Made by a program: the position numbers and the translations under genes. Shown one piece after another: positions 1 through 11,200 of a DNA stretch of 64,000 nt. The notes below the pieces were generated by a model, which saw nothing but the letters and a program-made list of their open reading frames with translations, was not told the DNA's origin and did not search any database. Origin of the DNA: an uncultured Poribacteria bacterium (GTDB lineage Bacteria > Poribacteria > WGA-4E > WGA-3G); the NCBI GenBank assembly GCA_951813565.1, contig OX638351.1, forward strand, positions 32,001-96,000. Reading direction: 5' to 3'. The stretch's first letter is position 1, and each line of letters opens with the position of its first letter.

Positions 1-215
1 TTTTTAGTCCAAGAGTTGTTTCAGTGGGGATTTGATATAGGAAATCAGGATTTTTCTCTTGACACTACCGTTGTCCAAAAATGGGTTGCACCAGATGTTG
101 GTATTATAAAATTTACGCAATCTCAAACACGGGATGGCGTAACAGTCGAAACGGAACTTGAACTTGAATCCTATGAACTCGTTAATAATTAAGGTTAGAG
201 AAAAGGATCTAAGAA

Positions 216-1235
216 TTGAAAAACGCAACAAAAAGCCTGGAGATTTTAACCACGACGGTAGGTTCTTATCCGATTCCAGCTTGGCTTCACTCAATGCCTA
301 CGGAACAAGCGCTGATTGATGCAACGCGCGTAGTCGTAGATATTCAGCGGCAACACGGTATTGATTTGCCTACTGATGGGGAATTATACCGCTTTGATGT
401 GAACCATCCTGAAACGAACGGTATGATTGACTATTTTATCCGCCCACTTTCAGGTATCCGAGCAGAGGCAGGTCGTCAGGAATGGAATGAGTTTAGACAG
501 ATGCATACCATGGCGTTTCGGGCAAAACCTGCCGGTGTTGTTGAGAGTGCATTAGGAGAAGGAACGTTAAACCTTGTTTCCGATTGTGAACGTGCTGTCG
601 GTGTTGCAGGCACGGACATAAAATTTACAGTGACAAGTCCTTATATGCTTGCACGAACACTATTGGACAAACACTACGGTGACTTTGACACGTTACTTAC
701 TGCATTGGCAGAAGTATTGTCTGCGCAGGTGCGGGAACTGGATTGTGCTTGCCTGCAAATTGATGAAGCAAATATACCGGGGAACCCTCAAGACGGGCCC
801 CGTGCAGCTGAGGCGATAAATATAGTGCTTGATGCTTTTGACGGAGAGAAGGCTGTTCATTTCTGCTTTGGCAACTACGGAGGGCAAGTTATTCAAAAAG
901 GGAGTTGGAGTTCCCTGATTGACTTTTTGAATATGCTTAGGTGTGACCATCTCGTTTTGGAATTGGCACATCGTCCTGATGCGGATCTTGAGGCACTCAA
1001 GGAAGTTTCTTCAGAGATTCGCCTCGGTATTGGCGTGATTGATGTGAAAGTTAACCCGGTTGAGACACCTGATGATGTTGCATCAAACATAGAAAAAGCA
1101 GAAAAGATGTTGGGAGCAGGACGTGTTGGTTGGGTGCATCCGGACTGTGGATTCTGGATGCTTCAACGTTCTGTGGTTGACCGAAAAATAGAAGCACTCG
1201 TGAAAGGCAGAGATAAATACCTCGCAATCGAATAA
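216..1235 (+). CDS. cobalamin-independent methionine synthase family, catalytic (C-terminal) barrel only
   Basis: TTTVGSYP start, PTDGE, LQIDEA, Zn ligands HFC...E...PDCG; only 339 aa. TTG start uncertain. Confidence 0.8.
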   Translation: MKNATKSLEILTTTVGSYPIPAWLHSMPTEQALIDATRVVVDIQRQHGIDLPTDGELYRFDVNHPETNGMIDYFIRPLSGIRAEAGRQEWNEFRQMHTMAFRAKPAGVVESALGEGTLNLVSDCERAVGVAGTDIKFTVTSPYMLARTLLDKHYGDFDTLLTALAEVLSAQVRELDCACLQIDEANIPGNPQDGPRAAEAINIVLDAFDGEKAVHFCFGNYGGQVIQKGSWSSLIDFLNMLRCDHLVLELAHRPDADLEALKEVSSEIRLGIGVIDVKVNPVETPDDVASNIEKAEKMLGAGRVGWVHPDCGFWMLQRSVVDRKIEALVKGRDKYLAIE

Positions 1236-1463
1236 TAAAATATAGATATTAGAGAACATGATTTTCCAAAATTTGATCAAGGAACCTGCCATAGTAGGTA
1301 TGTGTGTCCTTTCAAACAAGAGTGCTTTTTAAGCAATGTGTTTGGTGGTGTGTGCTTAGAGACACGCACCCCTTTATTTTTTAGATAAAAAAATAATACC
1401 AAATTAATTTGATTCATCGTCTTCACATACCGCTCCAGCGGAGCGGAAGAGTGGAAGGAATAC

Positions 1464-1757
1464 ATGTTTGAATTTCATCCATCAGGATTAAAAAGGTATC
1501 AAAATATTGCCGGTATCGCTGGTGGCATAGGATTTGTACTCGGAACGGTTATCCCTGGCGTAGCGATACTCACACATAATTGGCACTGCCCATTTGGAGA
1601 TGGTATGCTTCAAACCACTGGTTTCTTGGCAATCACAGGATTCAGCAGTGCAATTGTCCTGGGCAACCTTGTTGCCTTTTTACTGGTTGGGATTGCCAGA
1701 TATCAGCACGGTTCACGTAAATCATCTCACAGAAAAGGAGACTCGGATGGGAATTGA
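1464..1757 (+). CDS. small two-helix membrane protein, hypothetical
   Basis: GGAAGGA before ATG; two hydrophobic segments; overlaps the start of the next gene. Confidence 0.6.
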   Translation: MFEFHPSGLKRYQNIAGIAGGIGFVLGTVIPGVAILTHNWHCPFGDGMLQTTGFLAITGFSSAIVLGNLVAFLLVGIARYQHGSRKSSHRKGDSDGN

Positions 1758-2559
1758 AATTTTCGGTCTTGACATCTTGTATATTATCCTGCTTATGGGT
1801 GTGGGGATGTTTGCGGGCTTTGTCAACACTGTTGCTTTCGGTGGTTCACTATTAACACTTCCAGCCTTAGTCTTTGTGATGGAAGCTATTGGTGTTCCGA
1901 ACCTACCTGCTGGTACTAACGTAACAAGCACAGCCAATGGAACTAATAGGGTAGCAATTATCTTTCAAAACTTTAGCGCTATTTTGGGGTTTCGCCGCAA
2001 AGGTGTATCAGATTTTCGACACGCAATTGCACTTACAATACCAGCAGTTGTAGGAGCGAGTATTGGGGCGTTCATAGGAACCGAAATATCCGATAAGGCA
2101 TTTAAGCCGATTCTTGCTGTTGTAATGGTTACAATGCTCCTTTTAACCCTGTTTAATCCGACTGAGCGACTACAAGGGAAATTTAATCCGAGTGGTACAC
2201 AACATAAAATAATTACGACTGTCGCTCTCTTTTTTGTTGGAATATATGGCGGGTTTATCCAAGCAGGTGTAGGATTGTTGGTTATAGCTACCTTGCGGAT
2301 TCTTGATGGCGGTGATCTGGTCATTACCAACGCGCTCAAGGTGTTTATAATTTTCTTTTACACAATCATCGCTTTAGCTATTTTTGTTAGCAAGGGACAG
2401 GTCAATTGGGTTTTAGGCCTGACCTTAGCGGTTGGAAACGCCACAGGAGCATGGATCGGTAGCCATTTGGCAGTAAAGATGGGCGACAAATGGATTAAAG
2501 TGGTATTAGTTGTTGCCGTGATTGGTTCTGTGATAAAACTGCTATGGGATACCTTTTAG
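1747..2559 (+). CDS. TSUP (TauE/SafE) family transporter
   Basis: AGFVNTVAFGGSLLTLP, ANGTNR, YGGFIQAGVG motifs; AAGGAG RBS before ATG 1747. Confidence 0.85.
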   Translation: MGIEIFGLDILYIILLMGVGMFAGFVNTVAFGGSLLTLPALVFVMEAIGVPNLPAGTNVTSTANGTNRVAIIFQNFSAILGFRRKGVSDFRHAIALTIPAVVGASIGAFIGTEISDKAFKPILAVVMVTMLLLTLFNPTERLQGKFNPSGTQHKIITTVALFFVGIYGGFIQAGVGLLVIATLRILDGGDLVITNALKVFIIFFYTIIALAIFVSKGQVNWVLGLTLAVGNATGAWIGSHLAVKMGDKWIKVVLVVAVIGSVIKLLWDTF

Positions 2560-2617
2560 GAGTGTTCGCTCGTTTTAATATAATTCTACCTATATCCAAA
2601 CAAAACAGCAAATCAAG

Positions 2618-3232
2618 CTAAGGCTGGCTTTCTGTGGGAAGGTGAAAAGACTCTAATCGGTTAGCAATTAATTCTGTGCTTGATATCGTTGAGGCCTCTT
2701 GTAAGAGATTCAAAAGCTGCTGAGGTATGTCTGCCTGTTCGCAAACAATTTTGAGATTCTGTGACTTCAATTTCGACAGCGCTGTAAGTTCTTCCTTATC
2801 GGGTTTTACTATAACGCACCCATCCGCCCATCCAAGTTCCTTTAGAATAATATCGTTCCAATTGTAATTACCATCAAAAACCGTGATAATAGGTTGTGAT
2901 AATTTTAGTAGGTGTATTTTAGCGTTCTGAATCGCGGTGCCTAAAGTCAAAAAAGCATGATGTTGTGTTGTAGCAATACGTATGAGCGATAGATTCCACA
3001 ATACTACCGGTTTTTTGAGGCGTTGAGCAAGTGTGATTAACCGAAGCAGCCGCCTCCAATCAGCAGGTTGTTCAAGACTTTCGGTATTCCCTTTTAACAA
3101 AACGACCTTAACTTTTTTTAAATCCGCGAAACCCGCAAATTCAAAAATTCCTTGTCCGCCTGCTCTATCTCCGTAGAGTTGAATTGTCTTTTCAAACGGA
3201 GGATGTTCGGAATTAAAATTAAGTGATGACAT
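2618..3232 (-). CDS. degenerate acetyl-CoA carboxylase carboxyltransferase alpha (AccA)-like protein
   Basis: LYGDRA, PADWRRLLRLITLAQRLKKPVV, LGTAIQN..LLKLSQPIITV and STELIANR parallel AccA segments; catalytic Gly motifs absent. Confidence 0.5.
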   Translation of the reverse strand: MSSLNFNSEHPPFEKTIQLYGDRAGGQGIFEFAGFADLKKVKVVLLKGNTESLEQPADWRRLLRLITLAQRLKKPVVLWNLSLIRIATTQHHAFLTLGTAIQNAKIHLLKLSQPIITVFDGNYNWNDIILKELGWADGCVIVKPDKEELTALSKLKSQNLKIVCEQADIPQQLLNLLQEASTISSTELIANRLESFHLPTESQP

Positions 3233-3246
3233 TGCTTGTCTACTAT

Positions 3247-3284
3247 AAAAAAAGCAGGGAAGAGCTGATACGCATCTTCCCTGC
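3247..3284 (-). terminator. intrinsic terminator after the LysM gene
   Basis: 10-bp stem GCAGGGAAGA/TCTTCCCTGC followed by T7 on the minus strand. Confidence 0.7.
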
Positions 3285-3306
3285 CTGAATGAATAATTGA
3301 AATTAC

Positions 3307-4170
3307 TTACTCGCCGCTACGTCCACCGATTGCGTTAATAGCAAACCATCCGATACCAGCAGCAACTGTTGTGATAAAAACAAGGGCGCGTTTAGTTGAA
3401 GAAACTTCTTCATGCACACCCTTTGCGTCCTCTATCATCATTTTCAGTTCGTTGATAGCTTTTTGATTTGTTTCAATCTGTGTCAACGCGGTTTTCACGT
3501 CCTCTTGAATACTTTTGTGATGCTCTTGCGTTCCTTTCAACTCCTTTTGGAGAGCAGTGAGCATTTCGTTTGAAGATTCAAGGTGACCGTGTAAATCTTC
3601 TAATTGCTTTTGAATAGCATTCCTGCTATTTCTGACGACTTTAGTAACATCAGCAGCAGCATCTTTATTTGCTTTCTTGACTGCGTCAATCACTTTTTCT
3701 TGGGATTTCTGGCTGGTTTCAAGTGCTTTAATTTGTTTTTGGAGCTTCGTCATGCTCTCACTTAAACTCTTAATCTCAGCCATTAATTTTTCCCGAGTTG
3801 CTTCAGATTCAGCGAGTTCAGTACGTAATTTCTCTAACTCTTCTGTTTGTTTAGCAAGATCTCCCTCAGCCATTTCTACAACGTCTTTAGCCATAGCTAA
3901 AGGAATACGCAGTTTTTCACCAGGATAGATCAAATGCGGATTAGTAAAATCGTTATATTTACTAAGCTCTCTCCATTGGAGAGGATCTTTCAAATGTTCC
4001 TGGCAGAGATCCCAAAGAGTGTCCCCTTTTTCAATGGTGATTAGCATGGTATCATCATCGCCTTCGTGCGGTGTGATCCTTGCCGAGGCAGATAAAGCAT
4101 ATATACCACTGAGTGCTACGCAGATATAGAGAATCAGTGCTAACTTTAGCGTGGATTTTATTATCTTCAT
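3307..4170 (-). CDS. LysM domain protein with signal peptide, long coiled coil and C-terminal membrane anchor
   Basis: IEKGDTLWDL...WREL..YN...NPHLIYPGEKLRIP LysM; heptad-rich middle; ALVFITTVAAGIGWFAI at the C-terminus. Confidence 0.85.
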   Translation of the reverse strand: MKIIKSTLKLALILYICVALSGIYALSASARITPHEGDDDTMLITIEKGDTLWDLCQEHLKDPLQWRELSKYNDFTNPHLIYPGEKLRIPLAMAKDVVEMAEGDLAKQTEELEKLRTELAESEATREKLMAEIKSLSESMTKLQKQIKALETSQKSQEKVIDAVKKANKDAAADVTKVVRNSRNAIQKQLEDLHGHLESSNEMLTALQKELKGTQEHHKSIQEDVKTALTQIETNQKAINELKMMIEDAKGVHEEVSSTKRALVFITTVAAGIGWFAINAIGGRSGE

Positions 4171-4190
4171 CAGTATTCTCCTCTTAAGTG

Positions 4191-5219
4191 CTAAAATTCA
4201 TAGGATACGGAAACATAGTGATTGCTTCCGGCCCCATTAATTTCCCTTGCCATACCATCTTGAATGGCGTAGTCAAGCTGCAATCCAGCAATGTTGACAC
4301 CAAATCCACCGAATAGGTTCTGAACGTCACGTGATGCTCTGATACCAGCGCGTAGAGAAAATTCGGTTGACCTATTAGTGAAAATCGTATATTCAACACC
4401 GCTACGCATGCTAAACGCACTCTCATCAAGGTTAACAAATTCTTGTTCAATATCTGCTGAGAATGTGACGACATTACCCATATATAGATCGTAAGCTACA
4501 CCAACATCAACAACCATCGGCACGGTGCCTTCTCCAAGAGAAGCGCCGAGGTATTTAGCGACAATACCGTAATGGAATGTTGGAACCTGTATATGTCCCT
4601 CATGCGCTTCATTTGAATGTGCGTGAAGGGCTTGTCCCATCATTTTTTCGGCAATATCTATGTGGAGTGCGTGTCCCATGATTCCGATATCTACACCACC
4701 GAAACCGCTTTGGTTTTCAACACTATCCACGCCGAAATTATCCATTAACATTCGACCTGTTAAACCGATATTGAAGTGTCCGACGGCAATGCCGTAAGAG
4801 AGAGAGTAAGCATTTGAACTGTAGTCAGATTTACCCCCATACTCACCTTGTGCGTCATACAAATCATAATCAGACACACCAAAATTTGTAGCTGCTAACC
4901 CAATAGACCCATAAGTTCCAAGCGCTTTTGTTAAAGCGATAAAATTGTGGCTTCTATCAAGAGACAGTCTCTGTGTAGAAAAATTAAGGCTTAAATCTGC
5001 CGCTGAACCGAGACCTGCTGGATTCCAGACAGTGGCTGTGGCATCTTCTGCAATTGCTGTGAAAGCACCGCCTAAGCCAATTGAGCGGGCACCTGCACCG
5101 AGACGTAAATGGGGCATAGCGTTAACTTCACCCTCAGCAAAACAGACAGGCGACACAGCAAGTATAAGAAGTAAAACGGGTATTACACCGCATAGCAATC
5201 TTTGCTTTGTGATAGACAT
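4191..5219 (-). CDS. PorV/PorQ-like (UPF0164/FadL-type) outer-membrane beta-barrel
   Basis: Signal peptide, GAGARSIGLGGAFTAIAEDATATVWNPAGL, terminal YVSVSYEF beta-signal. Confidence 0.8.
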   Translation of the reverse strand: MSITKQRLLCGVIPVLLLILAVSPVCFAEGEVNAMPHLRLGAGARSIGLGGAFTAIAEDATATVWNPAGLGSAADLSLNFSTQRLSLDRSHNFIALTKALGTYGSIGLAATNFGVSDYDLYDAQGEYGGKSDYSSNAYSLSYGIAVGHFNIGLTGRMLMDNFGVDSVENQSGFGGVDIGIMGHALHIDIAEKMMGQALHAHSNEAHEGHIQVPTFHYGIVAKYLGASLGEGTVPMVVDVGVAYDLYMGNVVTFSADIEQEFVNLDESAFSMRSGVEYTIFTNRSTEFSLRAGIRASRDVQNLFGGFGVNIAGLQLDYAIQDGMAREINGAGSNHYVSVSYEF

Positions 5220-5244
5220 TTATGTCCTCCTTCGTAGTCGCACC

Positions 5245-5277
5245 ATCGGAAATTGGGAACAATACCCAATTTCCGAT
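5245..5277. other. intergenic stem-loop
   Basis: Perfect 13-bp stem ATCGGAAATTGGG-N7-CCCAATTTCCGAT between the giant gene and the PorV-like gene. Confidence 0.7.
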
Positions 5278-5295
5278 TTGCGGACTATCGTTTAC

Positions 5296-8200
5296 TTAGC
5301 GCGTCAGAGCGAGCTTAAGAATGGCGTATTCTGGCTCGAAACCATCTGTTACTTCTATCTGACAGTAATAGATGCCGCGAGCTAAGTCTTCGCCACCGCT
5401 GGTTTTTCCGTCCCAACCGATTCCGTTATTGCCAGTATAATCTCCAGCATTCATAACCACGTTATCCCGTAGGACTCGAACTGGTCGGAGCGTAGCGTCA
5501 TAAATGACAATACGAACCGTGGACATTCTGTTAAGTCCAAAGGAAATCCGTGTGTTATCCTTGAACGGATTGGGGAAGTTAAACGGTTTCATCAATATAG
5601 GTGCATCCGTATACTCAACGAAGAAACTGAACTGGTATACAGCTGTGTTAGCTTCGCGAGCTCCATCGCTTTCTTCAGAGACATTGCCCTGTTTTTGCGC
5701 GTTGTCGGATACCTCCAGTTTAACCACATGTTCACCAGGGGCAAGTCGATCAGTAAAGACAGGAGCCGCAGGTGTATAAACAACCTGTGTAGCTGACTTC
5801 TGCTTATCCGTGAGGTTAATCGGAGTCACTAAGGTTCCTCCACCCCATTTCGGTGCTTCTATAACAAGCTTGATAGAATCGACATTCACACCTGTTTCAG
5901 CATCGGCAAAAGTGATTGAGATGGTTGGTCTCGCTTCTTCGTCGTGCTTATACATCAGGCGTGCACCGTTCTGAGGTGAAGACGTTGTGATGATTGGTGC
6001 AGCGGTATCAAAATCAACTGTAAATACACCGCCACTTGTAGAGGAATTACCAAACGCATCTGTCGCACGAACTTCAATCGAGTAAGTACCCTCAGAAAGG
6101 GGTGCTTCAGGATGGAAGTCTAAGCGGGTGATACCTGCATTGGTTCTATCCTCATCGTCATCTGTAGTGTCACCTTTCACCTCTTCACCATTACTATCCA
6201 TTACGACGATAGCCATTTCTTCAACACCTGAGTCGTCGGTGGCACTCGCCGAAATAACCGGGAGTCCCGCATGAATAGTCCCAGCAGGAGTGATTGTGGA
6301 AATTATCGGAGGAGATTGATCTACCTCCAACGTGAATTGCCAACTAAACTCTCGTGTTCCACCTTCACTGGCCACTATGAGTTTAATGGTATGTGGTCCC
6401 GGTGTAAAGCTTTCTATAACCTCGAACTTGCTTTCAGCTCGTTCAACAGGATAAGAATTAGCCGGCAGTTGACCATCAATAACGTACTTCACACTTGATA
6501 AAGCAGATTCATCATCAGTGATCACAGCAGCGATGGTTATCGCAAAGTTTTCATCCAAGGTATTCTGCTTATTCAGTTGAACCACTCCAGATGGTGACAC
6601 TTCTGAAATGACAGGAGCCGTTGAATCCAACTTCACATTAAAGACAACAGTTGCCTGCGCTGTTTTATTATTTTCATCAGTGACTTCAACAAAGACGGCA
6701 TGTTCACCGTTACCCAAAACTGGGTCAGGCGTATAAGTGAACTGATTATCTTCGCTTATTTCTCGTTCAGCATCTTCACCGTTGACAGTAAATGTAGTTA
6801 CCTCAACATCTGTCATACCAGAAAATTCACCTCTGATAACAGGTCCACCGTGATCGTAGGTTTGACCTGGAGCAGGTGAAAGAATCGCTACTGACGGACC
6901 CGGTATATCCACCATGAAGTCAGTTGATGTCTTGGCGGTTCTGCCGTTAGCATCTGTGACAACAACAGTAACCACGTGTGGATCATCACTCAGCGCATCT
7001 GTTGGTGTGTAGGTGAATTCATTGTTGTCGCTACCGACTAACTCAACAGCTTCACCCTCATCAATAGAAAGTGTAACCTTTATAGGAGCAGCACCTGAGA
7101 AATCACCAGCGATAATCGGCATACCATGCTCATATACCTGACCAGCTGTAGGTGTTTGAATAGAGACTTTTGGAACCGGCAATCTTATGGAGAAGATTGC
7201 AGTCGCATCAGCACTCTTACCATTCACATCCGTGACTTTAGCAACGAGTGTATACTTGCCATCCTCTAACGCTCCATCATTATCGACATCTTTTTCAGGA
7301 AGCGTATACGCAAATTTGCTGCCATCGTCAGCGTCTGCTGAGACAACGTCACCATCAAGCGTAAGGATTAGTGAGTCAATATCAGCAACACCTGAATACT
7401 CACCTTGAATAACAGGATCACTAATATCATACATTTGACCTGCATCAGGCACATGGATCATAACCGTCGGACCCGGTATATCCACCATGAAGTCAGTTGA
7501 TGTCTTGGCGGTTCTGCCGTTAGCATCTGTGACAACAACAGTAACCACGTATGGATCATCACTCAGCGCATCTGTTGGTGTGTAGGTGAATTCATTGTTG
7601 TCGCTACCGACTAACTCAACAGCTTCACCCTCATCAATAGAAAGTGTAACCTTTATAGGAGCAGCACCTGAGAAATCACCAGCGATAATCGGCATACCAT
7701 GCTCATATACCTGACCAGCTGTAGGTGTTTGAATAGAGACTTTTGGAACCGGCAATCTTATGGAGAAGATTGCAGTCGCATCAGCACTCTTACCATTCAC
7801 ATCCGTGACTTTAGCAACGAGTGTATACTTGCCATCCTCTAACGCTCCATCATTATCGACATCTTTTTCAGGAAGCGTATACGCAAATTTGCTGCCATCG
7901 TCAGCGTCTGCTGAGACAACGTCACCATCAAGCGTAAGGATTAGTGAGTCAATATCAGCAACACCTGAATACTCACCTTGAATAACAGGATCACTAATAT
8001 CATACATTTGACCTGCATCAGGCACATGGATCATAACCGTCGGACCCGGTATATCCACCATGAAGTCAGTTGATGTCTTGGCGGTTCTGCCGTTAGCATC
8101 TGTGATTTCAACAGCAACCATGTGTTCACCATCACTCAGCGCATCTGTTGGTGTGTAGGTGAATTCATTGTTGTCGCTACCGACTAACTCAACAGCTTCA

Positions 8201-11200
8201 CCATCATCAATAGAAAGTGTAACCTTTATAGGAGCAGCACCTGAGAAATCACCAGCGATAATCGGCATACCATGCTCATATACCTGACCAGCTGTAGGTG
8301 TTTGAATAGAGACTTTTGGAACCGGCAATCTTATGGAGAAGATTGCAGTCGCATCAGCACTCTTACCATTCACATCCGTGACTTTAGCAACGAGTGTATA
8401 CTTGCCATCCTCTAACGCTCCATCATTATCGACATCTTTTTCAGGAAGCGTATACGCAAATTTGCTGCCATCGTCAGCGTCTGCTGAGACAACGTCACCA
8501 TCAAGCGTAAGGATTAGTGAGTCAATATCAGCAACACCTGAATACTCACCTTGAATAACAGGATCACTAATATCATACATTTGACCTGCATCAGGCACAT
8601 GGATCATAACCGTCGGACCCGGTATATCCACCATGAAGTCAGTTGATGTCTTGGCGGTTCTGCCGTTAGCATCTGTGACAACAACAGCAACCGTATACTT
8701 ACCATGACTTAATGCTTCTGCAGGCGTGTAAACGAATTGGTTATTGTCGCTACCGACTAACTCAACAGCTTCACCATCATCAATAGAAAGTGCAACCTTT
8801 ATAGGAGCAGCACCTGAGAAATCACCAGCGATAATCGGCATACCATGCTCATATACCTGACCAGCTGTAGGTGTTTGAATAGAGACTTTAGGAACCGGTA
8901 ACCTTACTGTGAAGATAGCTGTTGCTTTCGCCATTTTACCGTTAGCATCAGTTACTTCAGCAACGAGCGTGTATTCACCATCATCTAACGCATCAGTCGG
9001 CGTATAAGTAAACGTGTTATCGCCGGCTGCTGTGACAGCTGCACCGTTAAGGGTAAGACTTAGTGATACTGGAGCAGCAACACCTGAGAACTCACCATGA
9101 ATAACCGGTCTGCTGATATCATACATTTGCCCTGCATCAGGCACATGGATCATAACTGTCGGACCCGGTATATCCACTGTAAATTCAGTTGATGCTTGTG
9201 CCATGCGGCCGTTCGCATCTGTGACAACAACAGTAACCACGTGTGGATCATCACTCAACGCATCAGTTGGTGTATAAGTGAATTCATTACCACTTACTTC
9301 CATCACAGCTACACCATCAATGGAGAGTGTACCCGCTACCGGGTCTGCGCCTGAGAAATCACCTGTGATAATCGGCATACCATGCTCATATACTTGACCA
9401 GCTGTAGGTGTTTGAATAGAGACTTTTGGAACCGGTAGCCTTATTGTGAAAATAGCTGTTGCTTTCGCCATTTTACCGTTAGCATCAGTTACTTCAGCAA
9501 CGAGCGTGTATTCACCATCATCTAACGCATCAGTAGGCGTATAGGTAAACATGCTATCACCGGCTGCTGTGACAGCTGCACCGTTAAGGGTAAGACTTAG
9601 TGATACTGGAGCAGCAACACCTGAGAACTCACCATGAATAACCGGTCTGCTGATATCATACATTTGCCCTGCATCAGGCACATGGATCATAACTGCCGGC
9701 CCCGGTATATTTACCGTGAAATCAGTTGATGTTTCAGCAGTTCTACCGTTTGCATCTGTGACAACAACAGTAACCACGTGTGGACCATCACTCAGCGCTT
9801 CTATCGGTGTGTAGGTGAATTGGTTATTGTCACTACCGACTAACTCAATAGCTTCACCATTATCAATAGAGAGTGCAACCGCTATAGGAGTATGATCAGC
9901 ACCTGAAAAATCACCGGCGATAATCGGTTTGCCGTGATCATAGACTTGACCTGCAGCAGGTGTAGTAATTGTGGCTGTCGGAACTGGTAATTCTACTGTA
10001 AAGGTTAGAGATGTTTCAGCAGTTAGACCGCTACCATCTGTAACTTCAACAGCGACTGTGTAGTCTCCGTCACCTAACGCTTCGGTAGGCATATAAGTGA
10101 AGTTATTTTCATCTACTTCTGCAGTCATATCTGCATCGTTAATGGTAAACTTCGTAATGCTAACATCACCACCGCCGGTAAAGAAACCGGTGATTTCTGC
10201 CGGACTGTGATCAAAGTTCTGCCCGGAAGCGGGTGCGGTAATAATAACAATCGGATCTTCACCTTCAACAGCAAACGTTACTGCCTGTGTGCCTACGTTG
10301 CCAAGTCTATCTGAAACTTGGACTGTGAACATATAGGCGCCACCAGCAAGTTTGTCTGTGCGAGTATAGACGACAGAGTCTATATCCTGCTCAACCATAC
10401 TCTGATCAACAGGAATAGGAACTGCGTCCTGAACAACTTCTTCCGGACGGAGGCGATCTAATAAAACCTCAGCTGTATCCGCCATACTTACACCGCTACC
10501 CGATGGTTTAGTTGGATCAGTATCTCTTTCTGGATTCAGATCTATGAAACTTGCGAGGAGCGTTGGTAAGTCATTAACTGTAACCCCTTCCGTAGGTGTT
10601 TCAATAGTGATCGTTGGACCGGTGTTGTCCAAGTTAATCATCGCTAACGGGAAGGTCAAAAAACCGTTCCGTTTGGTTATGCGTCCGAGCGGTGTATACC
10701 ATCCGTCCGCTAATTCTGAAAGTTTATCTGCCATCAGTGAGAAAGCGTTCTCAGCATCACTGCCAGCAGTAAATGTTACTTCATGTCCATCAACGAGAAC
10801 ACCTGTAAGGTCTCCAACTGCTAATGAACCGTTATTAACATTGAAACTCACAGCAATTGATTCTTTGAGAGGGAACCTGCCTTGAAGTACTCCAACAGTT
10901 TCTTGGAGTACGTGCCTGTCTGGCGATTCACCATCCACTGCCGTTACAGTCAGGTCAGTAATGTCACTTAAACGGATGTTTAGAACATGAACGGTGATAA
11001 CTGGTGAAGGCATATCACCTTGCACCTGTACATTACCGAATTCATCAGCAACGAGCGCATGATACATATATGGACCATTTGCAAGAAGACCAACATCAAT
11101 TGTAATGCTTCCTTCTTCAAGACTACCATCTGTTTCAGTCACTGTTCCATCAGGAGCAGTTTGAACCAGAACAGTCTTTCCTCCGACATAAGTGTTCGGA

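Noticed and set aside
7187..8554. Three identical 73-aa plus-strand ORFs
   Set aside because: Antisense shadows of the 573-bp repeat.
6895..8898. Diversity-generating retroelement template/variable repeats
   Set aside because: No reverse transcriptase; all copies are in-frame domains of one gene; differences are block-like rather than adenine-specific.
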